Shown piece by piece: positions 40,679 through 50,859 of a stretch of DNA of 64,000 bases. Both the position numbers and the translations under genes were made by a program. The DNA comes from an uncultured Gemmatimonadaceae bacterium. Its GTDB lineage: Bacteria; Gemmatimonadota; Gemmatimonadetes; Gemmatimonadales; Gemmatimonadaceae. The stretch spans positions 32,001-96,000 of the forward strand of contig CAVUDW010000002.1 in NCBI GenBank assembly GCA_963740355.1. The letters are read 5' to 3'. Position 1 is the first letter of the stretch. Every line of letters begins with the position of its first letter. Under the pieces are notes generated by a model. That model was not told the DNA's origin, did not search any database, and worked only from the letters and a program-made list of their open reading frames with translations.

Positions 40679-41946
40679 ATGCGGCCGTGATGTCCCCTGT
40701 TGCGCCCTCACCGGTCGAGACACCGGCCCCGGTGGCGGCAGCACCTGTATCCGTTGCGTCGACGGTGCCGAGCAGCATTGCCTACACGTACAAGCGCTTC
40801 CCGCTCACCATCGTGCGCGGTGAGGGTGTCACGCTGTTCGACGACAAGGGGAACGCCTATCTCGACTGCATGTCGGGCATTGCAACCAACGCCTTGGGCT
40901 ACAACGATGCCGGTGTCAACACGGCCATCGCCGAGGCATTGTCGACTGGCCTGATTCATCTGTCGAACCTCGTCTCGAACGAGCCGGCGGAACGCCTCGC
41001 CCATTTCCTCACGTCGCGCACCTTTGCGGACAAGGTGTTCTTCTGCAACTCCGGTGTGGAGGCCGTGGAAGGCGCGTTCAAGTTTGCGCGTCGATGGGGC
41101 CGCTCGATCAATCCCGAAGGTGTGAAGCACGAGATCGTGGCCGTGCGCGGCAGCTTTCACGGTCGGCTGTTCGCGTCGGTGGCTGCGACCGATCGCGCCG
41201 CCTATCGCATGCCGTTCCGCCCGCTGACGCCCGGCATCAGCATTGCCGAGCGCGATCTCGACGAGTTGGCGAGCGCATTGTCGGCAGAGACGACGGCTGC
41301 GCTGATCATCGAGCCGGTGCAGGGTGAAGGTGGTGTGCGACCGATGGACCACGGCTTCCTGCGCGAATTGCGGGCGTTGACGCGCGAGCGAAACATCCTG
41401 CTGATCCTCGACGAAATTCAGTGTGGCATGGGCCGCACGGGCTGTTTCCTGGCGCACGAGGCGGTGGGGATCAAGCCGGACATCGTCACGCTCGCGAAGC
41501 CGATCGCAGGTGGGCTGCCGATGGGCGCGATCCTGCTGACGAAGGAAGTGGCCAGCGCGCTGCAGCCCGGTGAACATGGCACGACGTTTGGCGGCGGTCC
41601 GCTGGTGACACATGTCGCGCACCACGTCTGCGAACGCATTGCCGACCCGGCGTTGCTGACGCGCGTGCGTGAAGACGGTGCCTGGTTTGGCGCGCAGCTG
41701 GCAGCGCTCAAGGACACCCACCCGAGCGTGCGTGCGGTGCGTGGCGTCGGCTACATGTGGGGTGTGGATGTGACGGAGCCGGCCAGCGCCGTGATCGAAC
41801 GTGCCCGCGCACAGGGGCTGCTGATCATTTCAGCGGGCGACCACACGTTGCGGATCTTGCCGCCGCTGGTCGCGACGCGCGAGGAACTGGGACGTGCGGT
41901 CGCGATGCTGGACCGTGCCCTGCGCGACGCAGCACCGGCGGTGTAA
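40675..41946 (+). CDS. argD: Acetylornithine aminotransferase
   Basis: FFCNSG.EA.E, SFHGR, EPVQGEGG, DEIQCGMGRTG, HGTTFGG. Confidence 0.93.
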   Translation: MNAAVMSPVAPSPVETPAPVAAAPVSVASTVPSSIAYTYKRFPLTIVRGEGVTLFDDKGNAYLDCMSGIATNALGYNDAGVNTAIAEALSTGLIHLSNLVSNEPAERLAHFLTSRTFADKVFFCNSGVEAVEGAFKFARRWGRSINPEGVKHEIVAVRGSFHGRLFASVAATDRAAYRMPFRPLTPGISIAERDLDELASALSAETTAALIIEPVQGEGGVRPMDHGFLRELRALTRERNILLILDEIQCGMGRTGCFLAHEAVGIKPDIVTLAKPIAGGLPMGAILLTKEVASALQPGEHGTTFGGGPLVTHVAHHVCERIADPALLTRVREDGAWFGAQLAALKDTHPSVRAVRGVGYMWGVDVTEPASAVIERARAQGLLIISAGDHTLRILPPLVATREELGRAVAMLDRALRDAAPAV

Positions 41947-42026
41947 CGTGCGGCTGCGGGGCGATGCGTGACGCAGTCGTAGCACCTGCGCACGCATCGC
42001 CCCGTTGTGCGTGTGTAGCTTTCGAC

Positions 42027-43646
42027 ATGCCTCGTTTCGCCTTTCGCGTCCTGTCGCGTGTCGCTGCCGCAACCGGCGCGTCACTGCTCCTCGCTGCCGC
42101 GGCGGCGTTGCCCGCACGTGCGCAACGCACCGCCACACCGCCCCGCCCGACGCTGGTCGTGTTCTTCACGATCGACCAGATGATTCCGGACTACTTCGCG
42201 CGGTATGGCCGGCAGTTCACGGGTGGGTTGCACCGCCTGCAGTCTGGCGGCGTGTTGTACACCAATGGGTATCAGGATCACGCCACCACCGAGACCGCGC
42301 CGGGACATGCGTCGACGATGTCGGGGCGGTTCCCGATGCACACCGGTATCGTGCGCAACAACGCCGGTGTGAATGACAACAACAACACACTGGTTGGTGG
42401 TGGTGGGCCGGGGGCGTCGCCATTTCGCTTTCAGGGCACGACGGTCACCGACTGGATCGTGGGCGCTGATCCGCGGTCCCGCGCGCTCTCGATCAGCCGC
42501 AAGGATCGCGGCGCCATCCTGCCGATCGGTCGCTCGAAGCAGTCGGTGTTCTGGTATGCGAGTGACGGTCGGTTCACGACCAGCCACTGGTACGCCGATA
42601 CCCTGCCCACCTGGTTGACGCAGTTCAATGCGCGACGGCTGCCGGCGAAGATGGCGGGCACGGCATGGACGCTGTTGCGTCCCGAGTCGGCGTACAGCGA
42701 GAAGGACAGCATGCCGATCGAGAGTGTGGGCCGGAACTTCCTGTTCCCGCATCCGCTCCCGACGGACACCGTGCAGGCGGTCCGCTCGCTGCCGGATGAT
42801 CCACGCATGGACTGGGTGACGTTGCAGGCGGCGATGGCGGGGCTGGATGCGATGTCGCTCGGCAAGGGGCCAGCGACCGACGTACTCGCGATCTCGCTGT
42901 CGACCACGGATGCCGTTGGGCATCGCTTCGGTCCGGATTCGCGCGAGATCCATGACCAGATGCTGCGGCTGGACAAGTACATGGGCGAGTTTCTCGATTC
43001 GCTGTACAAGGTGCGCGATTCTTCGAAGATCGTGATCGCGCTGACCGCCGATCATGGTGTGCAGCCCTTTCCGGAAGTGCATTTCGCCGGGCAGCAGAAT
43101 GTGGCGCTCCGAATCAATGCCGAACCGGTGATCACATCGACGATTCGTGCGCTGGCTGGTCGCGGACTGGACACCGCACTGGCACTCGATTTCGAATACG
43201 GGATGGTGTTCGCCGATTCGATGGCGTTCAAGCGTGCGAATGTGTCGCTGGATTCGGTGTTGAACGTGATGGCCGCCGCCTTCAGGCAGGTGCCGGGTGT
43301 GGCACGCGTGGACAAGCGTCGCGACCTCGCGCGTGCCGACACGGTGCGAGATGCGGTGGCGCGGCGATGGATTCACGCCCTGCCACCGTCGCTCAACGTC
43401 GTGATGCTGGTCTCGCCCAAGCCGTTCGTCTACTGGAACGGTGTGACGTATGCGACGCACGGATCGCCGAACGATCGTGATGCGCGGGTCCCGATCCTGT
43501 TCTACGGCCCGGGTTTTGCGCGCGGGGTGACACGTACGCGGACGGTCCGCGTGGTGGACATGGCGCCGACCTTGGCGCGGCGGATCGGCGTCACGCCGTC
43601 CGAGTCTCTCGACGGCGTGGTGCTGCTCGATGCCTTCCGGCGGTAA
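42027..43646 (+). CDS. Alkaline-phosphatase superfamily enzyme (PafA-like, Thr nucleophile)
   Basis: IDQM, TETAPGHA, KDRGAILP, DAVGH.FGP, TADHG, THGS. Signal peptide. Confidence 0.9.
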   Translation: MPRFAFRVLSRVAAATGASLLLAAAAALPARAQRTATPPRPTLVVFFTIDQMIPDYFARYGRQFTGGLHRLQSGGVLYTNGYQDHATTETAPGHASTMSGRFPMHTGIVRNNAGVNDNNNTLVGGGGPGASPFRFQGTTVTDWIVGADPRSRALSISRKDRGAILPIGRSKQSVFWYASDGRFTTSHWYADTLPTWLTQFNARRLPAKMAGTAWTLLRPESAYSEKDSMPIESVGRNFLFPHPLPTDTVQAVRSLPDDPRMDWVTLQAAMAGLDAMSLGKGPATDVLAISLSTTDAVGHRFGPDSREIHDQMLRLDKYMGEFLDSLYKVRDSSKIVIALTADHGVQPFPEVHFAGQQNVALRINAEPVITSTIRALAGRGLDTALALDFEYGMVFADSMAFKRANVSLDSVLNVMAAAFRQVPGVARVDKRRDLARADTVRDAVARRWIHALPPSLNVVMLVSPKPFVYWNGVTYATHGSPNDRDARVPILFYGPGFARGVTRTRTVRVVDMAPTLARRIGVTPSESLDGVVLLDAFRR

Positions 43647-44259
43647 GCGGCGCGAGTCGCCCGTGATTCCGATCGAACGGGCATTCGATGAACTGCGCTT
43701 CGGGGCGTCGCGGACGCTGAACCTGCGCGATGGCTTGCCCACGGTGGCGCAGGCGGAGGTGCGCGTGGAATCGTGGCTGCGCCAGCATCAGGCGGATGGT
43801 GGCGGCGAGGTACTGGTGATCACCGGTCGCGGACTCGGCAGCCTCGATGGGGTGGGCAAGGTGCGCGAGGCGGTGCTGCGGCGCTGCACGCAATTGAAGC
43901 GGCTGAACGTGGTGGTGGACGTGCGTGAGCATGGTCCCGGCGCGCTGGTGGTCACTGTGGAGTCGCTGAAGGCCCTCGTCGATGCCCCTCGCCTGCGGAC
44001 GGGGCGGAAGACACCGACATCGGTGCCCGAGCCGTCCGAACTGGCGGCGTTACCTGAGGACATCCGGACGCTGCTGCGCGAACTCGCCAACGTGACGATC
44101 CTGCGGCTTGGCGTGCGCGAGCCGAGCGAGAGCATGGTTGCTGATGAGATGCGGGCGCAGTTCGGTGCATTGGCACCGAGCATCGTGGGCGCTGCGGACC
44201 CGATGATCGCGTTGCGTCGCGTTGGAGAGCGCCTCCTGCAAGAACTGAGGGAGGAGTAG
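43630..44259 (+). CDS. Smr/MutS2-domain protein
   Basis: TLNLR, VLVITGRGLGS...G.VR..V, GPGALVV. Confidence 0.8.
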   Translation: MPSGGKRRESPVIPIERAFDELRFGASRTLNLRDGLPTVAQAEVRVESWLRQHQADGGGEVLVITGRGLGSLDGVGKVREAVLRRCTQLKRLNVVVDVREHGPGALVVTVESLKALVDAPRLRTGRKTPTSVPEPSELAALPEDIRTLLRELANVTILRLGVREPSESMVADEMRAQFGALAPSIVGAADPMIALRRVGERLLQELREE

Positions 44260-44347
44260 GGACAGTCGACGCATGCCGCCTTGCGAGAGGGCGCTCGTTC
44301 CGACACCATGCTCGGACCCGATCATTCCTCCACTCGCCTTCGCATAC

Positions 44348-46447
44348 ATGCATCGCACATTTCGCACCTTCCTGCTGGGTGCTGCAGTTCCGGCCGCGCT
44401 GGCCGCGCAGGCCCCGTTGCCGGGATTCACCGGCGCGGCCAGCGTCACGCAGCGCGAGCTCGAGCGCCGCGCCATTGCCGTGCCCTCGCCCGATAGCGCG
44501 CGACGCATCGCACGCGCGTTGTCGATCGAACCACATATTGCCGGTACGCCGGCACAGGAGCGCACTCGCGACTACGTGAACGGCGAGCTGCGCAAGCTTG
44601 GCCTGCGCGTCGAGACGAAGAGTTATCGCGTCTACCTGCCGCATGCGACCGGCGTGCAGGTCTGGCGCGTGACGCCCAATCCGATGCCGTTGCCGGTGGA
44701 TGAGCCGGCGATTGCCAGCGACTCGGTGTCGACGTTGCCGCAGTACCCGACGGTGAATGGCTACAGCGCCGCCGGCGATGTGACGGCCGAGGTGATGTAT
44801 GTGAACTACGGCCTGGTCGAAGACTACGCCAAGCTCGATTCGATGGGCTTGTCAGTGAAGGGCAAGATCGTGGTGGCGCGGTATGGACGCAGCTTCCGCG
44901 GCATCAAGGCCCGTGAAGCGGAGAAGCATGGTGCAGTCGCGATCCTGATCTACAGCGATCCGATCGACGATGGCTTCGTGACCGGTGATGTGTACCCCGT
45001 TGGACCGATGCGCAATTCGCGTGGCGTGCAGCGCGGCAGTGTCTACAACGGTTATGGCGACCCGAGCACGCCGGGTTACGGCGCCACGCTGACGGCGCCG
45101 CGGATCGCGATGGACCAGATGGTGGTGCCGAAGATTCCGGTGGTCCCGATTTCGTATGCGACCGCGGGCGCACTGCTGGAAGGGGTGGGTGGTGCGAAGA
45201 TTCCGCAGTCGTGGCAGGGCGGCTTGTCATTTCGTTATCACATCGGGCCCGGGCCGGTGAGTGCGCGGGTTGCGGTGACGATGGACAACCAGCCGTTCAA
45301 GATGATTCACAACACCATCGCCACACTGCCCGGCCGCACCAACGCCGATGAAGTGATCGTGATCGGTGGACATCGCGACGCGTGGGGCGCCGGTGCTGGC
45401 GACAACGTGAGTGGCATCACCAGCATCCTCGAGTCGGCGCGCGCGGTGGTGCGTGGCCTGAACGGCATGCTGCCGGCGCGCACGATCGTCTTCGCGACGT
45501 GGGATGCCGAAGAGTGGGGCATGCTGGGCTCGACCGAATACGTCGAGGATGACTCACTGCGGTTGCAGCGCGGTGGTGTGGCCTACCTGAACCTCGATGT
45601 CAGCGCGACCGGCCTCGATTTTGGCGCCGGTGGTTCACCGTCGCTCCGTGGCCTGACGCGTGAGTTGTCGCGCGAAGTGCCCGATCCGCGTGGAATGGGG
45701 TCGGTCTACGCCACCTGGCGGAAGCGATCGGCCGTGGCCGATTCGTCGGAGCCGGGCATGGGTGACCCGGGTGGTGGGTCTGATTTCGCCGGTTTCTACA
45801 ATCACTTCGGCATTCCGCACGCCGACTGGGGTTTTGGTGGCCCGGGTGGCGTGTACCACTCTGCCTACGACTCGCGGCGCTGGATGGAGACGTTCGGCGA
45901 CACCGGGTACGTGGCGCATGCAGCGGCGGCGCGATTGGCCGCGGCCATGCTGCTTCGCCTGGCCAATGCCGACATCGTGCCGTACGACTATGTCGAGTTC
46001 GGCAACACGATGCGGCGCTACATCACACGCACCACGCAGCAGCTGACGTCGATCAATGCCGGTGATGCGTCAACGCTGGATGCGGCGTGGGTCACGTTCA
46101 TCGCGCGAGCGACACGCTTCAACCAGGTGCGTGACAGCGTGCTGGCGCGCGGCAACATCGACCTCGCGAAGCAGCGCGCCACCAATGCGGCGTTGCGGCA
46201 GGTAGAGCGCCGTCTCTCGCGTCCCGAGGGCCTCAAGTCGCGTGCCTGGGTGCGTGGCTTGATCTACGCGGCCGATGTCGACAACGGGTATTCGACGATG
46301 ATCTTCCCGACCATCGGCGAAGCGGTTCGTGCGAAGGACGCGACGCTGGCGCGGACGGAGCTCGCCGACCTGGTGGCACGCGTGGGTCAGGCGGGTGCGG
46401 CGTTGGATGACGCGCGGGCTGCGCTCACGGCGGCCGGAAAGCGCTAG
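44348..46447 (+). CDS. M28 peptidase, glutamate carboxypeptidase II / transferrin-receptor-like
   Basis: PHIAGT, PA domain YVNYG, GHRDAW, WDAEEWG, GGGSDF, YHSAYD, C-terminal dimerisation domain. Confidence 0.93.
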   Translation: MHRTFRTFLLGAAVPAALAAQAPLPGFTGAASVTQRELERRAIAVPSPDSARRIARALSIEPHIAGTPAQERTRDYVNGELRKLGLRVETKSYRVYLPHATGVQVWRVTPNPMPLPVDEPAIASDSVSTLPQYPTVNGYSAAGDVTAEVMYVNYGLVEDYAKLDSMGLSVKGKIVVARYGRSFRGIKAREAEKHGAVAILIYSDPIDDGFVTGDVYPVGPMRNSRGVQRGSVYNGYGDPSTPGYGATLTAPRIAMDQMVVPKIPVVPISYATAGALLEGVGGAKIPQSWQGGLSFRYHIGPGPVSARVAVTMDNQPFKMIHNTIATLPGRTNADEVIVIGGHRDAWGAGAGDNVSGITSILESARAVVRGLNGMLPARTIVFATWDAEEWGMLGSTEYVEDDSLRLQRGGVAYLNLDVSATGLDFGAGGSPSLRGLTRELSREVPDPRGMGSVYATWRKRSAVADSSEPGMGDPGGGSDFAGFYNHFGIPHADWGFGGPGGVYHSAYDSRRWMETFGDTGYVAHAAAARLAAAMLLRLANADIVPYDYVEFGNTMRRYITRTTQQLTSINAGDASTLDAAWVTFIARATRFNQVRDSVLARGNIDLAKQRATNAALRQVERRLSRPEGLKSRAWVRGLIYAADVDNGYSTMIFPTIGEAVRAKDATLARTELADLVARVGQAGAALDDARAALTAAGKR

Positions 46448-46509
46448 CCGTCAATTCTGAGGAAGTCGGCGCGCGAGCAACCGTCGCGCCGACGGAGGTG
46501 CCGCGATGG

Positions 46510-47679
46510 TCAGTCGCGGCGCCGCAGGTCATCGAGGGTGGACGAACGGCGGATCGGGGGCGGAAAGATTTCCGCCAGCCGATCCGCAATCGTTTGCGGG
46601 TCGTCGGTCAGCGACACTTCTCGCTCGATCGGTTGGGCCCGCAGCGAGGGCGAGGTTGGCGGCACGTGCTCGGCCATGGTCGAGGCCAGGTCCGGGCCTG
46701 GCGCCGCCTGTGGTGCGCGGCGGCGTGCCGTGCGCACGCCCAAGGCGTAGAGGCGCCGCGCTGCATCACTCTGGCCGGTGGACGCGCCGGGGCTGGCGGA
46801 CTCGCCCGGTACGCCTGTCTGGTCGAGGCGGGCGGCGTCGGCGAACGAGGCGGGCCTGGGCGGTGTGTCATCCGGTGCGTCGAGGTCGATGGCCGATTCC
46901 GATGGGCGCAGGTCGAGCCAGGCCGGTGCCTCGAAGATCGGTGACAGGGCGCGTGCCGGCTCGAGGCGTTCGATCGCCGCGCGGCCCTCGGCCACCGAGC
47001 GCTCGCTGGTGCTGCCGGCACAGGCGCAGTGATAGGCGCCCGCTGGATCGATCATCGTGACCCCGCCGTCAAACAGCGAGTCGGCGACCGCCAGCAGCGG
47101 ATTCATCTTGCCGGTGAGGGTGACCAGGTTGCGGCGCAGCAGCGACTGCACGAGGTCCGGGCGCGGCGCGCCACCAGGGCTCGAGAGGAATCTGCGCCGG
47201 TCGGGCGGAAGGCGGTCACTGAACACATCGGGCTGCGCACGGAGCGAGATGCCCTTCTGCTCCAGTCCGCGCAAGAACGCCTCGGGCAGTACCTGAAGGT
47301 CGATCGCGGGGTCCTGCGCGCCGGGGCAGGCGCCGATGTAGGTGATGTGCTGCGGCTCGGTGCGTTCCGCACGCAGCGCACGGGCCAGCGCGACCGCGGC
47401 CGGCGCGACCGGGATGGTCACGTCGGCGAGGTTGGCCTCCCGCTTGCATAGCTGCGATAACGAGAACGGGCAGGCGCACTGCACCACCGGCCGCCGACCG
47501 CGCAGCTGCGCCAGCCGCAGCGTTTCGCCGGCCACCAGCTCATCTCCCAGGCTTGCCGGAACGACCGCGTCAAACCCGGCCGCCAGTGCTGCGTGCATCA
47601 ACTGCACGGGTAGCGCTGGCGACGCCGCGAGGTACGCGTCGTTGCCGAGGATTGCAGTCGAGAGGGGCGGAGCGCTCAC
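46510..47679 (-). CDS. [FeFe]-hydrogenase large-subunit C-terminal/Nar1-like fold protein, degenerate
   Basis: AGFDAV...GDELVA.E, PVVQCACP, YIGACP, SSPGG, YHCACAG in the order of H-cluster motifs. Disordered C-terminal tail. Start GTG 47679. Confidence 0.65.
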   Translation of the reverse strand: MSAPPLSTAILGNDAYLAASPALPVQLMHAALAAGFDAVVPASLGDELVAGETLRLAQLRGRRPVVQCACPFSLSQLCKREANLADVTIPVAPAAVALARALRAERTEPQHITYIGACPGAQDPAIDLQVLPEAFLRGLEQKGISLRAQPDVFSDRLPPDRRRFLSSPGGAPRPDLVQSLLRRNLVTLTGKMNPLLAVADSLFDGGVTMIDPAGAYHCACAGSTSERSVAEGRAAIERLEPARALSPIFEAPAWLDLRPSESAIDLDAPDDTPPRPASFADAARLDQTGVPGESASPGASTGQSDAARRLYALGVRTARRRAPQAAPGPDLASTMAEHVPPTSPSLRAQPIEREVSLTDDPQTIADRLAEIFPPPIRRSSTLDDLRRRD

Positions 47680-47955
47680 ACGAGGCGTGCCGTGGGATGG
47701 ACTGTCGGGATTATGGATCAGAGCGGTGGCAACATGCACGCCAACCAGCCTCGTCCATACACACCATCCACGTGCCTCGGGGCAAGTGATGCCTAACCGC
47801 TTGCGCCCATTGAACTTGCATAGCCGGAACTCCCTCGCACGCAGCGTCGCGTGGCAGTGGTCAACAACGTGACGCGGCTCCATCTGTTGCACGTGGGCAT
47901 CAGAGTGAGCGGAATCCCTGCCGCAAAGTTACAGCGGGCTAAGTATCTTCGCACC

Positions 47956-49113
47956 GTGACTGACGCGGCAATCGAACCCGCATTGCCGCCACTGAGCGGC
48001 GATGAGATGGACCGGTACGCCCGCCACCTGTCGCTGCCGGGGGTCGGCATCACCGGTCAGCAGCGCCTGAAAGCGGCCGCCGTGCTGATCATCGGCGCCG
48101 GAGGACTTGGCTCCCCGGCGGCGCTGTACCTCGCAGCGGCCGGCATTGGCCGACTTGGCATCGCGGATGCCGATCGGGTCGAACTGTCGAACCTGCAGCG
48201 ACAGATCCTGCACGACACGCGCAGTGTCGGCGTGGCGAAAGTCGACAGTGCCCGGACGACGCTGGCCGCACTGAACCCATTGGTGCAGGTCGAGACCCAT
48301 CCGGTGCGTGTGACGGCCAGCAACGCGGCGGCGTTGATTGCCGGCTACGACCTGGTGATCGACGGCACCGATAATTTTTCGACGCGATATGCGGTCAGCG
48401 ATGCCTGCGTGGCGCTCGGCACGCCGTATCTCTACGCCAGCGTACAGCGCTTCGACGGCCAGGTGTCGTTCTTCAACGTGAACGACGGCCCCTGCTATCG
48501 CTGCCTCTTCCCGACACCACCCGCCCCCGGATCCGTGCCAAGTTGCGCCGAAGCCGGTGTGTTTGGTGTGATGCCGGGACTAATGGGGATCCTGCAGGCC
48601 AGCGAGGCGATCAAGTGGATCACCGGCACCGGCGAGGTGCTCGCCGGCCGGTTGCTGATGGTCGACGTGCTGCAGATGCACTTCCGCGAAATTGCCTTCG
48701 ATCGCGACCCGCAGTGTCCATCGTGTGGCGCCGCAGCACGGGCTGCGGTCGCTGCCCCCCCGGAAACCCGTCCGACTCCCCCTCCCAGGCCGATGCTCTC
48801 GAACCTCACTCCCACGCAGATTCGCGACGCGCTCGCGGCACGCACCGATGCGGTCCTGGTGGATGTACGCGAGCCGGCCGAGTACGCGATTGCGCACATC
48901 GACGGCGCCCTCCTGATCCCGCTGCGCACCCTGCCGCAGCAGGTCGAGACGCTGCCGCGTGACAAGGAGATCATCCTTCACTGCCACCACGGCATGCGCA
49001 GCGAGATGGCTGGCGATTTCCTTCTGGCACAAGGGTTTTCACGCGTCTCGCACATGGTCGGTGGCATCGATCGGTGGAGTGACGAGGTCGACGCCACAGT
49101 CGCGAAGTACTGA
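47956..49113 (+). CDS. moeB: Molybdopterin-synthase adenylyltransferase with C-terminal rhodanese (MoeZ/MoeB)
   Basis: RYARHL, GAGGLG, SNLQRQ, PCYRC, CPSC, rhodanese CHHGMRS. Confidence 0.92.
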   Translation: MTDAAIEPALPPLSGDEMDRYARHLSLPGVGITGQQRLKAAAVLIIGAGGLGSPAALYLAAAGIGRLGIADADRVELSNLQRQILHDTRSVGVAKVDSARTTLAALNPLVQVETHPVRVTASNAAALIAGYDLVIDGTDNFSTRYAVSDACVALGTPYLYASVQRFDGQVSFFNVNDGPCYRCLFPTPPAPGSVPSCAEAGVFGVMPGLMGILQASEAIKWITGTGEVLAGRLLMVDVLQMHFREIAFDRDPQCPSCGAAARAAVAAPPETRPTPPPRPMLSNLTPTQIRDALAARTDAVLVDVREPAEYAIAHIDGALLIPLRTLPQQVETLPRDKEIILHCHHGMRSEMAGDFLLAQGFSRVSHMVGGIDRWSDEVDATVAKY

Positions 49114-49119
49114 GCCTCC

Positions 49120-50040
49120 GTGTTCACGGCGCTCGCGATCGGGTGCGGCGCGCTCGCGCTCGTGCACACTGGGGTGTATCGCGCCCGGATGATGCGCACT
49201 CGCCGGACCGACGCGACGCGGCTGCCGGTTGGCGCCAGCGGCATCATTCCCGGCGCAGAGCCGATCGACCTGCGCGCCAGCGCAACACACGCGGCGCTCC
49301 TGATCCACGGCTTCGGGGACACACCGCAGTCCGTGCGGCAACTCGCCCAGTACCTGCACGACGTGCATGGTTGGACGGTGCGAGCCCCGCTGCTGCCGGG
49401 CCATGGCCGCACGCTGGCCGCGTTCGACGCCAAGGGCTCCGCCGCCTGGCGGGCGGCGCTGCAGAAGGAGTACGACGCGCTGCGGGCCACGTATCCCACG
49501 GTGGTGCTGGTGGGATTGTCGATGGGCGGTGCGTTGGCCACGCTGCTTGCCGCCGCTGATCCCGCGCTGCCGGCGCTGGTGTTGCTCGCGCCCTACCTCA
49601 CACCTCCGGCCAACGCCCAGCGCCTGGCTCCGTTGGCCGACCTGATCAACCTCGCGGTGCCGTACCTCAAGGGTGGCGACAAGGAGCGCTCGATCTTCGA
49701 TCCGGCCGCCCGGGCGCAGGCCCTGGGGTACGGCGCGGCGCCACCGAAACGGGTGCGCGACCTGGTGGCGGTGGCGCACGACGCCCGATTCGCAGCCGGC
49801 GATGTGCGGGCGCCGACGTTGATGATGCACTCCCGGACCGACTACCGGATTCCTGCCGCACTGGCGGAAGGCCACCCGGCGCTCTTCACCCACGCCGCAG
49901 TCTGCGAACAGGTGTGGGTCGAGGGATGCGGACATGTGATCACGATCGATTTCTGCCGCGAAACAGTCTGGGCCACCACTGCCGCCTGGCTCGCACGCTT
50001 CGCCGGCGACCCCATGGTGGCGCCCCCGCGCGTATCGTAG
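49120..50040 (+). CDS. Alpha/beta hydrolase (carboxylesterase/monoacylglycerol lipase-like)
   Basis: HGFG, LPGHG, GLSMGG, D and GH triad positions. Confidence 0.88.
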   Translation: MFTALAIGCGALALVHTGVYRARMMRTRRTDATRLPVGASGIIPGAEPIDLRASATHAALLIHGFGDTPQSVRQLAQYLHDVHGWTVRAPLLPGHGRTLAAFDAKGSAAWRAALQKEYDALRATYPTVVLVGLSMGGALATLLAAADPALPALVLLAPYLTPPANAQRLAPLADLINLAVPYLKGGDKERSIFDPAARAQALGYGAAPPKRVRDLVAVAHDARFAAGDVRAPTLMMHSRTDYRIPAALAEGHPALFTHAAVCEQVWVEGCGHVITIDFCRETVWATTAAWLARFAGDPMVAPPRVS

Positions 50041-50044
50041 GCCC

Positions 50045-50743
50045 ATGCGAATGCTGATCGTCGGGGCGACGGGATACGTGGGACGCCATGTCGTGACCGA
50101 GGCGCATCGCGCCGGCCATGACGTGCTGGCACATGTGCGACCCGACTCCGCATCGGGTGATCGGGCTGCCGCCGCCATGGTCGCCTCCGGTGCCCGGGTC
50201 CTCCGCACGCCGTGGACGGGGGAAGCCTGGTATCGGCTGCTGGAAACCGATCCGCCCGAACGACTGTTCCTGCTGCTCGGGACGACGGCCAGCCGGGCGA
50301 AAGCGGCGCGCGCTGCCGGCGGCCCGGATGCGTCGCAGGCGGCTGTCGATCTGGGACTGACGCAACTCGCCCTCACTGCCGCCCGGACGGCTTCGCCAGC
50401 CACCGGATTGGTCTACCTTTCCGCACTCGGCGCGTCAGCGTCGGGCAATGAATACCTGCGGGTTCGTGCGACGGTCGAGGCTGCGCTGGTGAGCGGGCCA
50501 AACCCGTTTACTGTTGTGCGACCAAGCTTCATCACCGGACCGGATCGTGACGAAGTGCGTCCGGGCGAGCGGATCGGCGCGATGGTTGGCGATGCCCTGT
50601 GTGCAGTGCTCCGACTCGTCGGCGGTCGACGGCGTGCGGCGAAACTGGCGTCGATTACCGGCGCCGATCTGGCGAAGATCCTGGTCGAGCTGGCCTCCGG
50701 GCCGCTCGACCGTCGTGTGCATGAGCTGGACGACTTCCGCTAA
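50045..50743 (+). CDS. NAD(P)-binding Rossmann protein (atypical SDR)
   Basis: GATGYVG, LSALGA, VRPSFITGPDR. Confidence 0.85.
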   Translation: MRMLIVGATGYVGRHVVTEAHRAGHDVLAHVRPDSASGDRAAAAMVASGARVLRTPWTGEAWYRLLETDPPERLFLLLGTTASRAKAARAAGGPDASQAAVDLGLTQLALTAARTASPATGLVYLSALGASASGNEYLRVRATVEAALVSGPNPFTVVRPSFITGPDRDEVRPGERIGAMVGDALCAVLRLVGGRRRAAKLASITGADLAKILVELASGPLDRRVHELDDFR

Positions 50744-50859
50744 CGGGAGTCTGCGAGGCGCAGCACCTTCCAGCAGTCCGTCCCACCACGTCGGCGCAAG
50801 TCGGCCGTGGTGCTCCGCGTGGTCCTGATGCTTTACCGTGCTCCTTACCGCCTGAACTC

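Noticed and set aside
42081..43742. Long antisense/alternate-frame ORFs (e.g. 42081..43742 -, 49039..50403 -, 21956..23092 +, 36698..38002 +, 50845..51951 -)
   Set aside because: They overlap well-supported genes, are Arg/His/Pro-rich shadow translations typical of high-GC DNA, and carry no motifs.
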